The translations under genes and the position numbers were made by a program. Shown piece by piece: positions 28,612-37,892 of a stretch of 64,000 bases of DNA; positions within the stretch are counted from its first letter, which is position 1, and each line of letters starts with the position of its first letter. The notes under the pieces were generated by a model, which was not told the DNA's origin, did no database searches, and saw nothing but the letters and a program-made list of their open reading frames with translations. This stretch comes from Lentimicrobiaceae bacterium (GTDB lineage: Bacteria > Bacteroidota > Bacteroidia > Bacteroidales > JAGONC01), in NCBI GenBank assembly GCA_017993235.1, contig JAGONC010000004.1, positions 24,873 to 88,872 of the forward strand, read 5' to 3'.

Positions 28612-30093
28612 ATGCATGTGGCCAAGCGGGCTGCTATCATCGGTGCAGGAATTTCGGGACTGGCTTCTTCGATCAGGCTCTCGAAGGCAGGTTATGCAGT
28701 TGATGTGTATGAAAAGAATGACCATCCGGGCGGAAAGCTTTCCGAATTAAGGATGGGGGAGTACCGTTTCGATATGGGACCCTCCCTTTTTACCTTGCCC
28801 CAATTGATCGAAGATCTTTTTACCCTCTGCAACGTCCCCTTGGAGGAATACCTGACTTATGAGCGTTTGGAAATTATCTGCAGGTATTTTTATGGGGATG
28901 GAACCGTAATTAATGCTTTCAGGGATCCTGAACAGTTTGCGCGTGAAGTGGAGCGTAAAACCGGCGAGCCAGCGGTACACGTGGAGCGATTTCTCCGTCA
29001 TAGCAGTGATCTGTATCAAATCACACACAAGGTATTCATATTCAATGCATTTCATCAGTTAAGAAATCTGATGAACAGGGATTCGCTGAAAACCCTGATC
29101 GCAGGCTGGAAAATGGAGCCGTTCACGACCATGCACCGATCGAACAGCAGACGGTTTAGGGATTCCCGGATCATTCAGCTTTTTGACCGCTATGCCACCT
29201 ATAATGGCTCCAATCCATATGTTGCCCCGGCAACGCTGAATGTCATTGCACATCTGGAGCATAACCTGGGAGCTTTTTTCCCGGAGAAGGGTATGTATCA
29301 AATCATCAGAAGCCTGGTCAGTCTGTCGGAGAAAATGGGCGTGAGGTTCTTCATGAATTCACCTGTGACATCGGTTGTCCTGAATGGGAAAAAAGTAACG
29401 GGTATCGTATGCAACGAGATTGAAAAAGCATACGACATCATCATCAGCGGGATTGATGTCTATACACTTTACAAACACTTGTTACCTGAGGATCTCGCTC
29501 CCCCGCGCTTGTGGAAAACCGAACGCTCCTCATCAGCATTGATCTTTTACTGGGGCATGCATAAGAAGTTTCCCGAACTGGATCTGCATAACATCCTCTT
29601 TTCAAATGACTACAGGAATGAATTTGATCACATGTACACGAAAAATGATATTTGCGACGATCCCACTGTATATATCTTTATAAGCTCAAAGGTTGTGAAA
29701 GAGGATGCACCTTTTGATGCTGAAAACTGGTTTGTTATGATCAATACACCAGTCAATACCGGACAGGATTGGGACGAGCTGGTTCGCAATGCCAGGAAAA
29801 ATATCATTGGGAAGATCAACAGGATCGTGAACGACGATATTGATAAATTCATTGAATATGAGCATGTTCTCGATCCGACTTCCCTGGAGAGATATTCAGG
29901 ATCAGCACATGGGGCTATCTATGGCACAAGCTCCAATAGTCCGTTCGCCGCTTTCCTGCGTCATCCCAACCGGAGAAAAAAGATCAGGGGGCTTTATTTT
30001 ACGGGGGGCAGTGTGCATCCCGGTGGTGGTATACCGCTTTGCCTTGCCTCAGCCGCCATAGTGGCCGGGACAATCTTTAAAGACGAAAAATAG
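28612..30093 (+). CDS. Phytoene-desaturase-family carotenoid desaturase (CrtD-like 3,4-desaturase candidate)
   Basis: RAAIIGAGISGLASSIRL dinucleotide fold and YFTGGSVHPGGGIPLC C-terminal motif. Divergent from crtI. The specific CrtD assignment is an inference. Confidence 0.75.
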   Translation: MHVAKRAAIIGAGISGLASSIRLSKAGYAVDVYEKNDHPGGKLSELRMGEYRFDMGPSLFTLPQLIEDLFTLCNVPLEEYLTYERLEIICRYFYGDGTVINAFRDPEQFAREVERKTGEPAVHVERFLRHSSDLYQITHKVFIFNAFHQLRNLMNRDSLKTLIAGWKMEPFTTMHRSNSRRFRDSRIIQLFDRYATYNGSNPYVAPATLNVIAHLEHNLGAFFPEKGMYQIIRSLVSLSEKMGVRFFMNSPVTSVVLNGKKVTGIVCNEIEKAYDIIISGIDVYTLYKHLLPEDLAPPRLWKTERSSSALIFYWGMHKKFPELDLHNILFSNDYRNEFDHMYTKNDICDDPTVYIFISSKVVKEDAPFDAENWFVMINTPVNTGQDWDELVRNARKNIIGKINRIVNDDIDKFIEYEHVLDPTSLERYSGSAHGAIYGTSSNSPFAAFLRHPNRRKKIRGLYFTGGSVHPGGGIPLCLASAAIVAGTIFKDEK

Positions 30094-30099
30094 CAGGGT

Positions 30100-30741
30100 A
30101 TGTGCAATCATAAAGTAAGAGCCGGTCTCGCAATCGCTTTACTGATTCTATTTTTTGGTGTGGGGATCACAGGATTGGCTATTCCATCCTCATATTCCCT
30201 GTTCGTGAAATTGACGTCACTGAGCCTGCTGCTCAGTATCTGTATTCTGATGCTTTTTCACTCCGAATGGAAACGCAGACTGGTGATCTTTTTTCTGATG
30301 GTCGCGATAGGAGGATTCCTGCTGGAGGTAATTGGCGTTAACACGGGAATGATTTTCGGCGAATATACCTATGGATCCCTGCTGGGTATCCAGTTATGGA
30401 GTACGCCACTGTTGATCGGTGTCAACTGGCTGATACTCATCTATACAACCTGGGATATGACCGGCCGTATCAGGATGCCCGTCGCTCTACGGATCCTTGT
30501 ATCCGGGATCCTAATGGTCATTTTTGATTTTATCCTGGAACCCGCAGCCACGAACATGGGCTTATGGACCTGGAGCAGCACTGTCATTCCGATACAGAAT
30601 TACCTGGCCTGGTTTATCATCTCCATCCTTTTTTTCATACTGGCAGCACGCATGAGGATAGAGCTGCGGAATAAAATTTCCATTTCGCTCTGGTTGATTC
30701 TTTTTACATTTTTCCTTCTTTTTCGATTACTTAACATCTGA
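30100..30741 (+). CDS. Carotenoid biosynthesis membrane protein (DUF422/CruF-like hydratase candidate)
   Basis: 213 aa, 7 TM. GVNTGMIFGEYTYGSLLGIQLWSTPLLIGVNW matches the pattern of that family. Confidence 0.6.
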   Translation: MCNHKVRAGLAIALLILFFGVGITGLAIPSSYSLFVKLTSLSLLLSICILMLFHSEWKRRLVIFFLMVAIGGFLLEVIGVNTGMIFGEYTYGSLLGIQLWSTPLLIGVNWLILIYTTWDMTGRIRMPVALRILVSGILMVIFDFILEPAATNMGLWTWSSTVIPIQNYLAWFIISILFFILAARMRIELRNKISISLWLILFTFFLLFRLLNI

Positions 30742-30745
30742 TGAA

Positions 30746-31369
30746 ATGATCAGGGCGCAACACACTCTCTTCCATACAAGTTTTTTCCGGCTGTATACCC
30801 AATGGATGATCCGGCATCATTTTTCCTCAGTTACCATCAAATCTGACCTGACCATCAGGGATCTGCCGGTCCTGCTGATTGGGAACCATTTCAGCTGGTG
30901 GGATGGCTTCATTGCGAACTATCTTAATTGTAAAATATTCAAAAGGGATTTTTATATCATGATGCTGGAGGAACAATTGAAACAACGCATGTTTCTCAGC
31001 AGGGCAGGAGCATTTTCCATCGCCAAAGGAAAACGGTCGATGGTCGAAACAATTTCCTATGCCGCGGACATACTGCAGAATAAAAATAACCTGCTTGTTT
31101 TATATCCGCAGGGTAAATTTCAATCCATCCATGATCAGCCTATCGTCTTTGAGAAGGGATACTTTATCATCCTTAAAAAAGCGCTGGAATCCGGATTCCA
31201 GCTCGTATTTTACGTAGCTTTGACTGATTATTTTTCCTTCAGAAAACCCCTGTTGATGATCTATTTAAAAGAGCAGCCTTTCTCTTCCGCAATTTCCGCT
31301 GCAGATCTGGAGGCCCTTTATCATGAATTCTACATGGAAGCTGTTGGTCAGCAAAAGGGATTGATATGA
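30746..31369 (+). CDS. Lysophospholipid-acyltransferase-family protein (carotenoid-glycoside acyltransferase candidate)
   Basis: HxxxxD motif (GNHFSWWDG). Located between the CruF-like gene and the GT2. Confidence 0.65.
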   Translation: MIRAQHTLFHTSFFRLYTQWMIRHHFSSVTIKSDLTIRDLPVLLIGNHFSWWDGFIANYLNCKIFKRDFYIMMLEEQLKQRMFLSRAGAFSIAKGKRSMVETISYAADILQNKNNLLVLYPQGKFQSIHDQPIVFEKGYFIILKKALESGFQLVFYVALTDYFSFRKPLLMIYLKEQPFSSAISAADLEALYHEFYMEAVGQQKGLI

Positions 31370-32457
31370 TCATACTGGCTGTCATCGCATGGGTGTTTCT
31401 CCTGTTGAGGCTGGTAGTGGTACTCTCGAACCTGTTAGGGAAACAGTGGTTGAAAGATCTTTCCATGGATGTTTTTCCCTCTGTTTCGATCCTCATCCCG
31501 GCCAGGAATGAGGAAAATGCAATCGGCAAGCTATTGCATAGCATATCTGAACAGGATTATCCAGTCGATGAGGTGATCGTTTACGATGATGATTCTGTGG
31601 ATGCCACATCGGACATCGTCAGGGATCATATGCAGCAGGATACAAGATTCCGCCTGATAAGGGGAGAATCCCTGCCGGAAGGATGGCTGGGAAAGAACCA
31701 CGCCTGCCATCAGCTTGCCAGGAATTCCAGGGGGGATTATCTTCTTTTCCTGGATGCAGATGTGGAGATCGGCCCGGGACTGATCAAAAACAGTCTGGCA
31801 TACCTTACCCGGAAGAATCTGAAGTTATTCTCCATCTTTCCACAACAGATCATGCTGACGTGGGGTGAAAGGATCACGGTGCCCGTAATGAATTATATCC
31901 TTCTGACGCTGCTGCCTCTTTCTCTGATAAAAAATAGCCGCCGTGCTTCCCTTTCAGCTGCCAATGGTCAGTTCATGCTGTTCGATGGTGCCGTTTACAG
32001 AAACCAATGGTTCCATCAGCAGTTGAAGGACCAGGTCGTAGAGGATATCCGGATCATGCGGTACATGAAAAATAAGGGATTCCGGGTGCACACGCTGTTA
32101 AGCAGCGGACAGATCAGGTGCCGGATGTACCATGGATTTAACGAAGCCATCAGGGGATTTTCCAGGAATGTGACGGATTATTTTGGTGGTAATATCCTGG
32201 CAATGTTACTTTTTACTCTGTTTTCTGTCTTCGGATTTGTTTTTGTACTCCTTGGCCTTCCCATTGGTTACTTTGTAGCCTACCTTCTGGTCAACATCCT
32301 GCTGTCGGTTTTCGTATCGCTGCTCAGCCGGCAGCCGGTTCTTATGAACCTGCTACTTTTACCCTTACAAAAAGTCACTTTTATTATGATGGGAACCAAG
32401 GCGATCCTGAACAGGATCACCGGGACATCCTACTGGAAAGGCCGTAGATTGAAATAA
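31366..32457 (+). CDS. Family 2 glycosyltransferase (CruC-like candidate)
   Basis: SILIPARNEENAIGKLL, VYDDDSVDAT, LFLDADV (DxD) and C-terminal TM helices. ATGA overlap with the acyltransferase. Confidence 0.8.
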   Translation: MIILAVIAWVFLLLRLVVVLSNLLGKQWLKDLSMDVFPSVSILIPARNEENAIGKLLHSISEQDYPVDEVIVYDDDSVDATSDIVRDHMQQDTRFRLIRGESLPEGWLGKNHACHQLARNSRGDYLLFLDADVEIGPGLIKNSLAYLTRKNLKLFSIFPQQIMLTWGERITVPVMNYILLTLLPLSLIKNSRRASLSAANGQFMLFDGAVYRNQWFHQQLKDQVVEDIRIMRYMKNKGFRVHTLLSSGQIRCRMYHGFNEAIRGFSRNVTDYFGGNILAMLLFTLFSVFGFVFVLLGLPIGYFVAYLLVNILLSVFVSLLSRQPVLMNLLLLPLQKVTFIMMGTKAILNRITGTSYWKGRRLK

Positions 32458-32489
32458 AAAGAGATTGTCCACCATAATATGATCGCCCG

Positions 32490-33203
32490 GTGAAAAACGT
32501 TTTATCCATTCTTATGCTTGTTGCAATGATCGGCAGGACAGCCGCCCAGGAAAGTTTTCGACCGGAACTTTACAGCCTGTATATTTCCAACCGGATGATC
32601 GAATGGACGATTCCCATGCAGCGTGTTCAGCAACAAGTGCAGCGTTCAGCTGACCGTGACATGATGTTTGACCTTCTGCTGGCTGAATATGGATTTATTG
32701 GGTACTGTTTCAGCAAGGATTGGAATGATAAGGCAGCGGAATGGGTGGAAGACGCGGATGCACTTGCTGATAGGCTTATTTCACTGGATCCCTCCCGGGC
32801 CGCTGTGTATGCAATCAAGGCTGCCATATACGGTTTTCGAATCACCCTTCATCCTGCCAAAGCCGTCTTTTACGGACCGAAGAATAAGCTTAACATTGAT
32901 AAGGCCATTGAACTGGATCCAGGCGATCCAATTGGCTGGTTCGTTTATGGTAACTCTGAGTTTTTCCGCCCTGCTGCTTTTGGTGGCTCGAAGACCAGAG
33001 GAATTGAGTATTATCGCAAGGCTATCGGTCTTTTAGAAAAGGATCCGGATGAAATGGAGAATAATTGGTTTTATCTCAATATGCTGATGATGCTTGCCGA
33101 TGCCTATGAAAGAACTTCACAGGCTGCCCTTGCACGGGAGACCTACCGGAAGATTCTTCAGGTGGAACCACGGTTCACCGCACTGAACGAGAAGCTCAGG
33201 TAA
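32490..33203 (+). CDS. Hypothetical secreted helical-repeat protein
   Basis: GTG start and signal peptide (MIGRTAAQ). The C-terminal ADAYERTSQAALARETYRKILQVEP is TPR-like. Confidence 0.45.
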   Translation: MKNVLSILMLVAMIGRTAAQESFRPELYSLYISNRMIEWTIPMQRVQQQVQRSADRDMMFDLLLAEYGFIGYCFSKDWNDKAAEWVEDADALADRLISLDPSRAAVYAIKAAIYGFRITLHPAKAVFYGPKNKLNIDKAIELDPGDPIGWFVYGNSEFFRPAAFGGSKTRGIEYYRKAIGLLEKDPDEMENNWFYLNMLMMLADAYERTSQAALARETYRKILQVEPRFTALNEKLR

Positions 33204-33212
33204 GAGCAAAGA

Positions 33213-34136
33213 TCAAAGATGAAAAGCTGATTCACCGAACTTTATTGGTTTGATGACAAAGTAAATTCCGAAGAACGAAACGATCACCGTGATGAAATAG
33301 AACATCAGGCTCAGGGCAACCGACAGGTGAGTGTCCACCCCCAGGAACTGCGCCCCGTAAAGGAAGGTGATCTCCCTCATGCCTGCCCCACCGACGGTGA
33401 TGGGAATGATAGTGACGATCGATGAGATCAGAAAAAGAAACAAATACGAAAAGTTTCCATCATCATGATGAAAGGCCATCAGAATGCAATACGCACACAG
33501 GACCTGCATAAGTTGCACCCCAATGGAATAGACGCAGATGGGTAGATAGACCGCGACATACTCCCGGAACAGCCAGTGCATTCCAAGGTACAGTCCGGCG
33601 AACAGTATGGGGATCGCGATAAAGATCAGGTAGCGATAGGGGATATGCGGCTCCACAAAATAAAGAAAACACAAAGCGATCACCCAGAGCATAACGATGC
33701 CGGTTACCCGGTCCATGAAAACGGCGCCCAGGATTTTACGTGCTCTGACATCATAATGCCTGTTCAGCAGGTAGATCTTGTATCCGTCACCGCCGATTCC
33801 CCCCGGCAGGAATAAATTGTAGAACATACCGATCAGGTACAGCTTCAGGTTGGTGACCGACGAAAGCGGAATGCCGGTACGATGGAAAAGGAGGTTCAAA
33901 CGAAAAGAAGAGAGTGCTTTGGAGCCTGCAAAAAGCAACAGGGCTGCAATCAGGTATTTGATGCTGGCAGTCCTGTATAGGTCAAGGATCTGAGAAAAAT
34001 CAATTTTACGGAAGACAAAATAGAGCGCTACGGCCGTAACACCGAATTTCAGGGAGGTCTGGATGTATTTCTTATGCTTGCCTGCCACCCCTGTAGATAT
34101 TTCTGATCCGGTACGGTTTCTTGTTTTGCGACTCAA
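33213..34136 (-). CDS. Flippase-like membrane protein (lysyl-PG synthase TM-domain family)
   Basis: 307 aa, about 8 TM. LFLPGGIGGDGYKIY motif. TTG start overlaps the upstream GT2 by 65 nt; a GTG at 34088 would overlap by 17 nt. Confidence 0.6.
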   Translation of the reverse strand: MSRKTRNRTGSEISTGVAGKHKKYIQTSLKFGVTAVALYFVFRKIDFSQILDLYRTASIKYLIAALLLFAGSKALSSFRLNLLFHRTGIPLSSVTNLKLYLIGMFYNLFLPGGIGGDGYKIYLLNRHYDVRARKILGAVFMDRVTGIVMLWVIALCFLYFVEPHIPYRYLIFIAIPILFAGLYLGMHWLFREYVAVYLPICVYSIGVQLMQVLCAYCILMAFHHDDGNFSYLFLFLISSIVTIIPITVGGAGMREITFLYGAQFLGVDTHLSVALSLMFYFITVIVSFFGIYFVIKPIKFGESAFHL

Positions 34137-35016
34137 AGTAGGTTCTCATCTGGAGTTCCGCGATAATGCCCGTGGTGATCAGCTGAAAGCCGGCGATTAT
34201 CAGCAGGATTCCCAGCAGCAGCAGTGGCTTGCCCCAGATGTCATGGCCTTCGATCTTGAGGATGAGCATATATATGTTGATGATGATCCCTGCCAGCAGG
34301 ATCAAGAATCCCCATTTACCGAAAAAGTGCATGGGACGTTGCAGGTAGTTTTTATTAAAAGTAAGCAACAGTAGGTCGCTGATCACTTTCATAGTACGCG
34401 ACAGGCCATATTTTGATTTACCATGGATCCTGGGATGATGGCTTACATCCACCTGCGTGATCCGGGCGCCTTCCAGGGCAGCCAGCACTGCGATGAACCG
34501 GTGCATCTCACCGTAAAGGCCCAGGCTTTTTGCCAGATCACTCCGGAAGACCTTCAAGGCACAGCCATTATCCTTAATTTTAATACCCGTCGCTTTCATG
34601 ATGATCCGGTTGGCAATGAAAGAAGGTATCCTGCGTATGAAGAAATCATCCCTTCGGTTGACCCTGACACCCGTAACCATGTCATAACCACCCTCTTCTG
34701 CCACCCGGATCATCCCGGGAATATCCGCAGGATCATTCTGCAGGTCTCCGTCCATGGTCACGATGTAATCCCCGGTTGCATAATCTATGCCTGCTGCCAG
34801 TGCTGAGCTTTGACCATAATTCTTCTTAAAGACGATCAGAGTAAGGTGAGGGTCGTTGATGGATCTGACCTTTTCAACTGTGCGGTCTTTTGATCCATCA
34901 TCCACGTAAATGATCTCATAGTCCTTTCCCTGCAGCGCAGCGGTGATCTGTTCCACCAGTGGCAGGATATTATCTTCCTCGTTGTAAACGGTGACAACAA
35001 CGGATATCTTACTCAT
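34072..35016 (-). CDS. Polyprenyl-phosphate glycosyltransferase (ArnC/GtrB/RgtE-like GT2)
   Basis: ISVVVTVYNEEDNI, YVDDGSKDRT, TMDGDLQNDP, plus two C-terminal TM helices. Confidence 0.85.
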   Translation of the reverse strand: MSKISVVVTVYNEEDNILPLVEQITAALQGKDYEIIYVDDGSKDRTVEKVRSINDPHLTLIVFKKNYGQSSALAAGIDYATGDYIVTMDGDLQNDPADIPGMIRVAEEGGYDMVTGVRVNRRDDFFIRRIPSFIANRIIMKATGIKIKDNGCALKVFRSDLAKSLGLYGEMHRFIAVLAALEGARITQVDVSHHPRIHGKSKYGLSRTMKVISDLLLLTFNKNYLQRPMHFFGKWGFLILLAGIIINIYMLILKIEGHDIWGKPLLLLGILLIIAGFQLITTGIIAELQMRTYFESQNKKPYRIRNIYRGGRQA

Positions 35017-35042
35017 TATTAACGCTTTAAAGTATCATTGTG

Positions 35043-35141
35043 TCTCCGTGTTCTCCGTGATCCCCTCCGTGTTCTCCGTGGTTATATGAGATGTTTCTTT
35101 AACCACGAAGAACATAGAGAAAATCACGGAGATCACAGAGA
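35043..35141. repeat. Imperfect 41-nt inverted repeat with 17-nt loop, built from CTCCGTGTTCTCCGTG-type units
   Basis: Arms at 35043-35083 and 35101-35141 match at 33 of 41 positions. It lies in the divergent intergenic region, 27 nt upstream of the GT2 ATG (35016). Confidence 0.85.
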
Positions 35142-35224
35142 AAGGACAAAAGTAACAAGATTAACGTAATTCTGCTCCGGGAATTATCCTATCTTTGAAG
35201 CACGAAACCATACACAGAGACATA

Positions 35225-36244
35225 ATGCCACGAGTTCTTCTGACGGGGATCGCCGGATTCATCGGTTTCCATCTGGCCAAACGGATTGCTGATGAGGGTT
35301 TCAGTATCCTCGGGATCGACAATATCAACAACTATTACGATCCAGCTCTGAAACTGGCCCGCCTGAAAGAACTGGGATTCTCTCCGGCATCCATACGGGA
35401 TAACGTGGAAATTTCATCGCGGACATCTCCGGGACTTGGATTCATGAAGCTGGATATCGCTGCACGTGAGCCTGTTGAGCAGCTTTTCGATAATGAATCC
35501 TTTTCTCAGGTGATCCACCTGGCTGCACAACCCGGTGCACGTGCAAGCCTGACCCATCCCTATGATTACATCCAGAGCAATATCATCGGATTCATCCATA
35601 TACTGGAAGGGTGCAGAAATACACAGGTTGAACATCTGATCTATGCCAGCAGTTCCAGCGTGTATGGCGGAAATATAAAACAGCCCTATCACGAGGACGA
35701 CCGTGTGGATACTCCTGTGAGCCTCTATGCAGCCACCAAGCGGTCAGATGAACTGATGGCCTATACCTACAGCCATCTTTTTGGAATACCCACCACCGGA
35801 TTGCGTTTTTTTACCGTTTATGGACCCTGGGGCCGACCGGATATGGCCTATTATAAGTTTGTGAAGGCGATCGTTGAGAACAGACCCATTGATGTGTACA
35901 ATGAAGGCAATCTGCAAAGGGATTTCACATTTGTGGATGACATTATACAGGGAATCCTTAACCTTATGAAACGAAAGGCTTCAGGAATACCCCCATACCA
36001 GCTTTTCAACATCGGTCATTCCGAGCCGGTCAACTTGCTGCGCTTCATCCAGGTGATTGAAGATGCACTCGGGAAAAAGGCCATCAAACGTTTCCTTCCC
36101 ATGCAGCCAGGTGACGTTCTGTCAACGTATGCTGACACAACCCGCCTGGAGAACTATTCAGGATTTAAGCCCACAACCTCAGTGGAAGAGGGTATCCGAA
36201 GTTTCACTGAATGGTACCTCGGCTACCATTCGAAAAAAGAATGA
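35225..36244 (+). CDS. UDP-glucuronate 4-epimerase
   Basis: LLTGIAGFIGFHLAKR, IDNINNYYDPALKLARL and YAATKRSDELMAYTYSHLFGIPTTGLRFFTVYGPWGRPDMA, the GAE/LpsL-type signature. The start is trimmed to the ATG at 35225. Confidence 0.85.
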   Translation: MPRVLLTGIAGFIGFHLAKRIADEGFSILGIDNINNYYDPALKLARLKELGFSPASIRDNVEISSRTSPGLGFMKLDIAAREPVEQLFDNESFSQVIHLAAQPGARASLTHPYDYIQSNIIGFIHILEGCRNTQVEHLIYASSSSVYGGNIKQPYHEDDRVDTPVSLYAATKRSDELMAYTYSHLFGIPTTGLRFFTVYGPWGRPDMAYYKFVKAIVENRPIDVYNEGNLQRDFTFVDDIIQGILNLMKRKASGIPPYQLFNIGHSEPVNLLRFIQVIEDALGKKAIKRFLPMQPGDVLSTYADTTRLENYSGFKPTTSVEEGIRSFTEWYLGYHSKKE

Positions 36245-36248
36245 CCGG

Positions 36249-37883
36249 ATGCACAGCCAGAAACCTCAGTCTCCTTACTTTTTCTTCATTCTGGCACTGG
36301 TACTGGCCGTTCCTGCCTTTCTTATTTATCTGGGATTGCTGCCATTGATCCCGGATGAGGCCATCCGGTCGCTTGTATCCCTTGAAATGATGCAGACGGG
36401 CGACTACCTCACTCCCACGCTGGGTGGGGATCTTTATATCAAGAAACCACCGCTCTACAACTGGATCATTGCCCTGTTTTTCCAGGTTTCCGGCCACCAG
36501 AACGAATTCGTCATACGCTTGCCTGTCATCATTTTCCTTCTCTGTTATACCTTCACCATATATCATTTCGTCAGGAAAGAACTGGGGCCGCGGATGGGTA
36601 TTCTCGTTGCCCTGATGTTTCTCACCAATGGAAGGGTATTGTTCTATGAATCCGAGCACGGGCTGATCGATATCACTTTCTCATGGCTCACCTACCTGTT
36701 CTTCATGCTGAGCTACCATTTCATGAAACGGGAGAAATACCTGGCCCTTTTCCTGACAGCCTATGGGATCACCGCCATATCCTATCTGATGAAGGGATTG
36801 CCCAGTCTTGTTTTTCTGGCTATTTCCCTGCTGGTGCTCTTTCTATCTGAAAAAAAATTCAGGATGTTGTTCAACTGGAGGCATTTTGCCGGTATCGGCC
36901 TGCTGATCCTTGTCGTCGGCCTGTACTATTTTGTCTATTTCCGGCGAAATGAGATAGCACCTGAATCGCTGTTTTCAACGCTTATGGGGGAAACAACCCG
37001 GCGGACTGTGATCCGTTTCGGATGGGAACGGACGCTCCGACACCTGTTTACTTTTCCGCTGGAAATGTTCTATCATTTCCTTCCCTGGACCCTATTGTCC
37101 GTATTATTATTCGTCAGGGGCAGCCTGAAAAAGATACGCAAGCATCCTTTTTTATGCTACAATGCACTGCTTATTCTTTTTAACATCATTGTTTACTGGA
37201 CATCTCCCGAAGTGCATCCCCGTTACATCCTGATGCTGATCCCTCCATTTTTTACCATCCTGGTTTATCTCTACCTGGATTTGAAAGAGGTAAATAATAA
37301 AATATGTCGTTGGGTTGAATATATTTTGGGATTTGTACTGATCATCATCACTGTGGGAATGCTTGTCCCGCTGTTCATTGATCCTGTAAAACAGCTTCCG
37401 ATGATCGTCCTGGTTTGTATCATTCTGCTGCTTACCCTTGCCCTGATCACGTTCAATTACTGGAAACAGGCTTCCGAAAGGTTATTCTGGGTGGTTATCG
37501 CCCTGCTGGTCCTTCGGATCGGCTTTGATCTGATCATCCTGCCCTCAAGGTACTATGAAGCCAAAGAAGTGAAAAGCCGGGAAATAGCGAGGGAAGTGGG
37601 ACGTCAAACCAGGGGAAAGCCTCTTTACATCTGGTGGAATCCCCATCAGACACCTGATCCGTACTACGGAAAGCGCAGAACAGAATATGCATTTATGTTC
37701 TATATAAGCGTAGAACGGCAACAACCACTGACATTCTCGTCTGAAATTGATCGAAAAGCCCTGTACATTGCAAGGGAAGAGGATATCGAAGGGTACATAG
37801 TCGATACATTATGGAAAATTGCTCCCCCGGATCATCAGGGAATGCTTTATCTGATTGCTTTCAGAGAAGCGGAAAAGCCGTAA
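36249..37883 (+). CDS. ArnT/PMT-like GT-C fold glycosyltransferase
   Basis: DEAIRSLVSLEM...YIKKPPLYNWIIA first loop. 544 aa, polytopic. The ATG is 4 nt after the epimerase stop; the track start at 36057 is an out-of-context extension. Confidence 0.75.
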   Translation: MHSQKPQSPYFFFILALVLAVPAFLIYLGLLPLIPDEAIRSLVSLEMMQTGDYLTPTLGGDLYIKKPPLYNWIIALFFQVSGHQNEFVIRLPVIIFLLCYTFTIYHFVRKELGPRMGILVALMFLTNGRVLFYESEHGLIDITFSWLTYLFFMLSYHFMKREKYLALFLTAYGITAISYLMKGLPSLVFLAISLLVLFLSEKKFRMLFNWRHFAGIGLLILVVGLYYFVYFRRNEIAPESLFSTLMGETTRRTVIRFGWERTLRHLFTFPLEMFYHFLPWTLLSVLLFVRGSLKKIRKHPFLCYNALLILFNIIVYWTSPEVHPRYILMLIPPFFTILVYLYLDLKEVNNKICRWVEYILGFVLIIITVGMLVPLFIDPVKQLPMIVLVCIILLLTLALITFNYWKQASERLFWVVIALLVLRIGFDLIILPSRYYEAKEVKSREIAREVGRQTRGKPLYIWWNPHQTPDPYYGKRRTEYAFMFYISVERQQPLTFSSEIDRKALYIAREEDIEGYIVDTLWKIAPPDHQGMLYLIAFREAEKP

Positions 37884-37892
37884 TGCGGTGCT

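Noticed and set aside
28537-28725. 63-codon N-terminal extension of crtI in the ORF track; similar extensions at 36057-36248, 48530-48670 and 45346-45429
   Set aside because: The extensions overlap neighbouring genes or promoters and precede a canonical N-terminus (Rossmann GxGxxG, signal peptide or TM start). The internal ATG was chosen instead.
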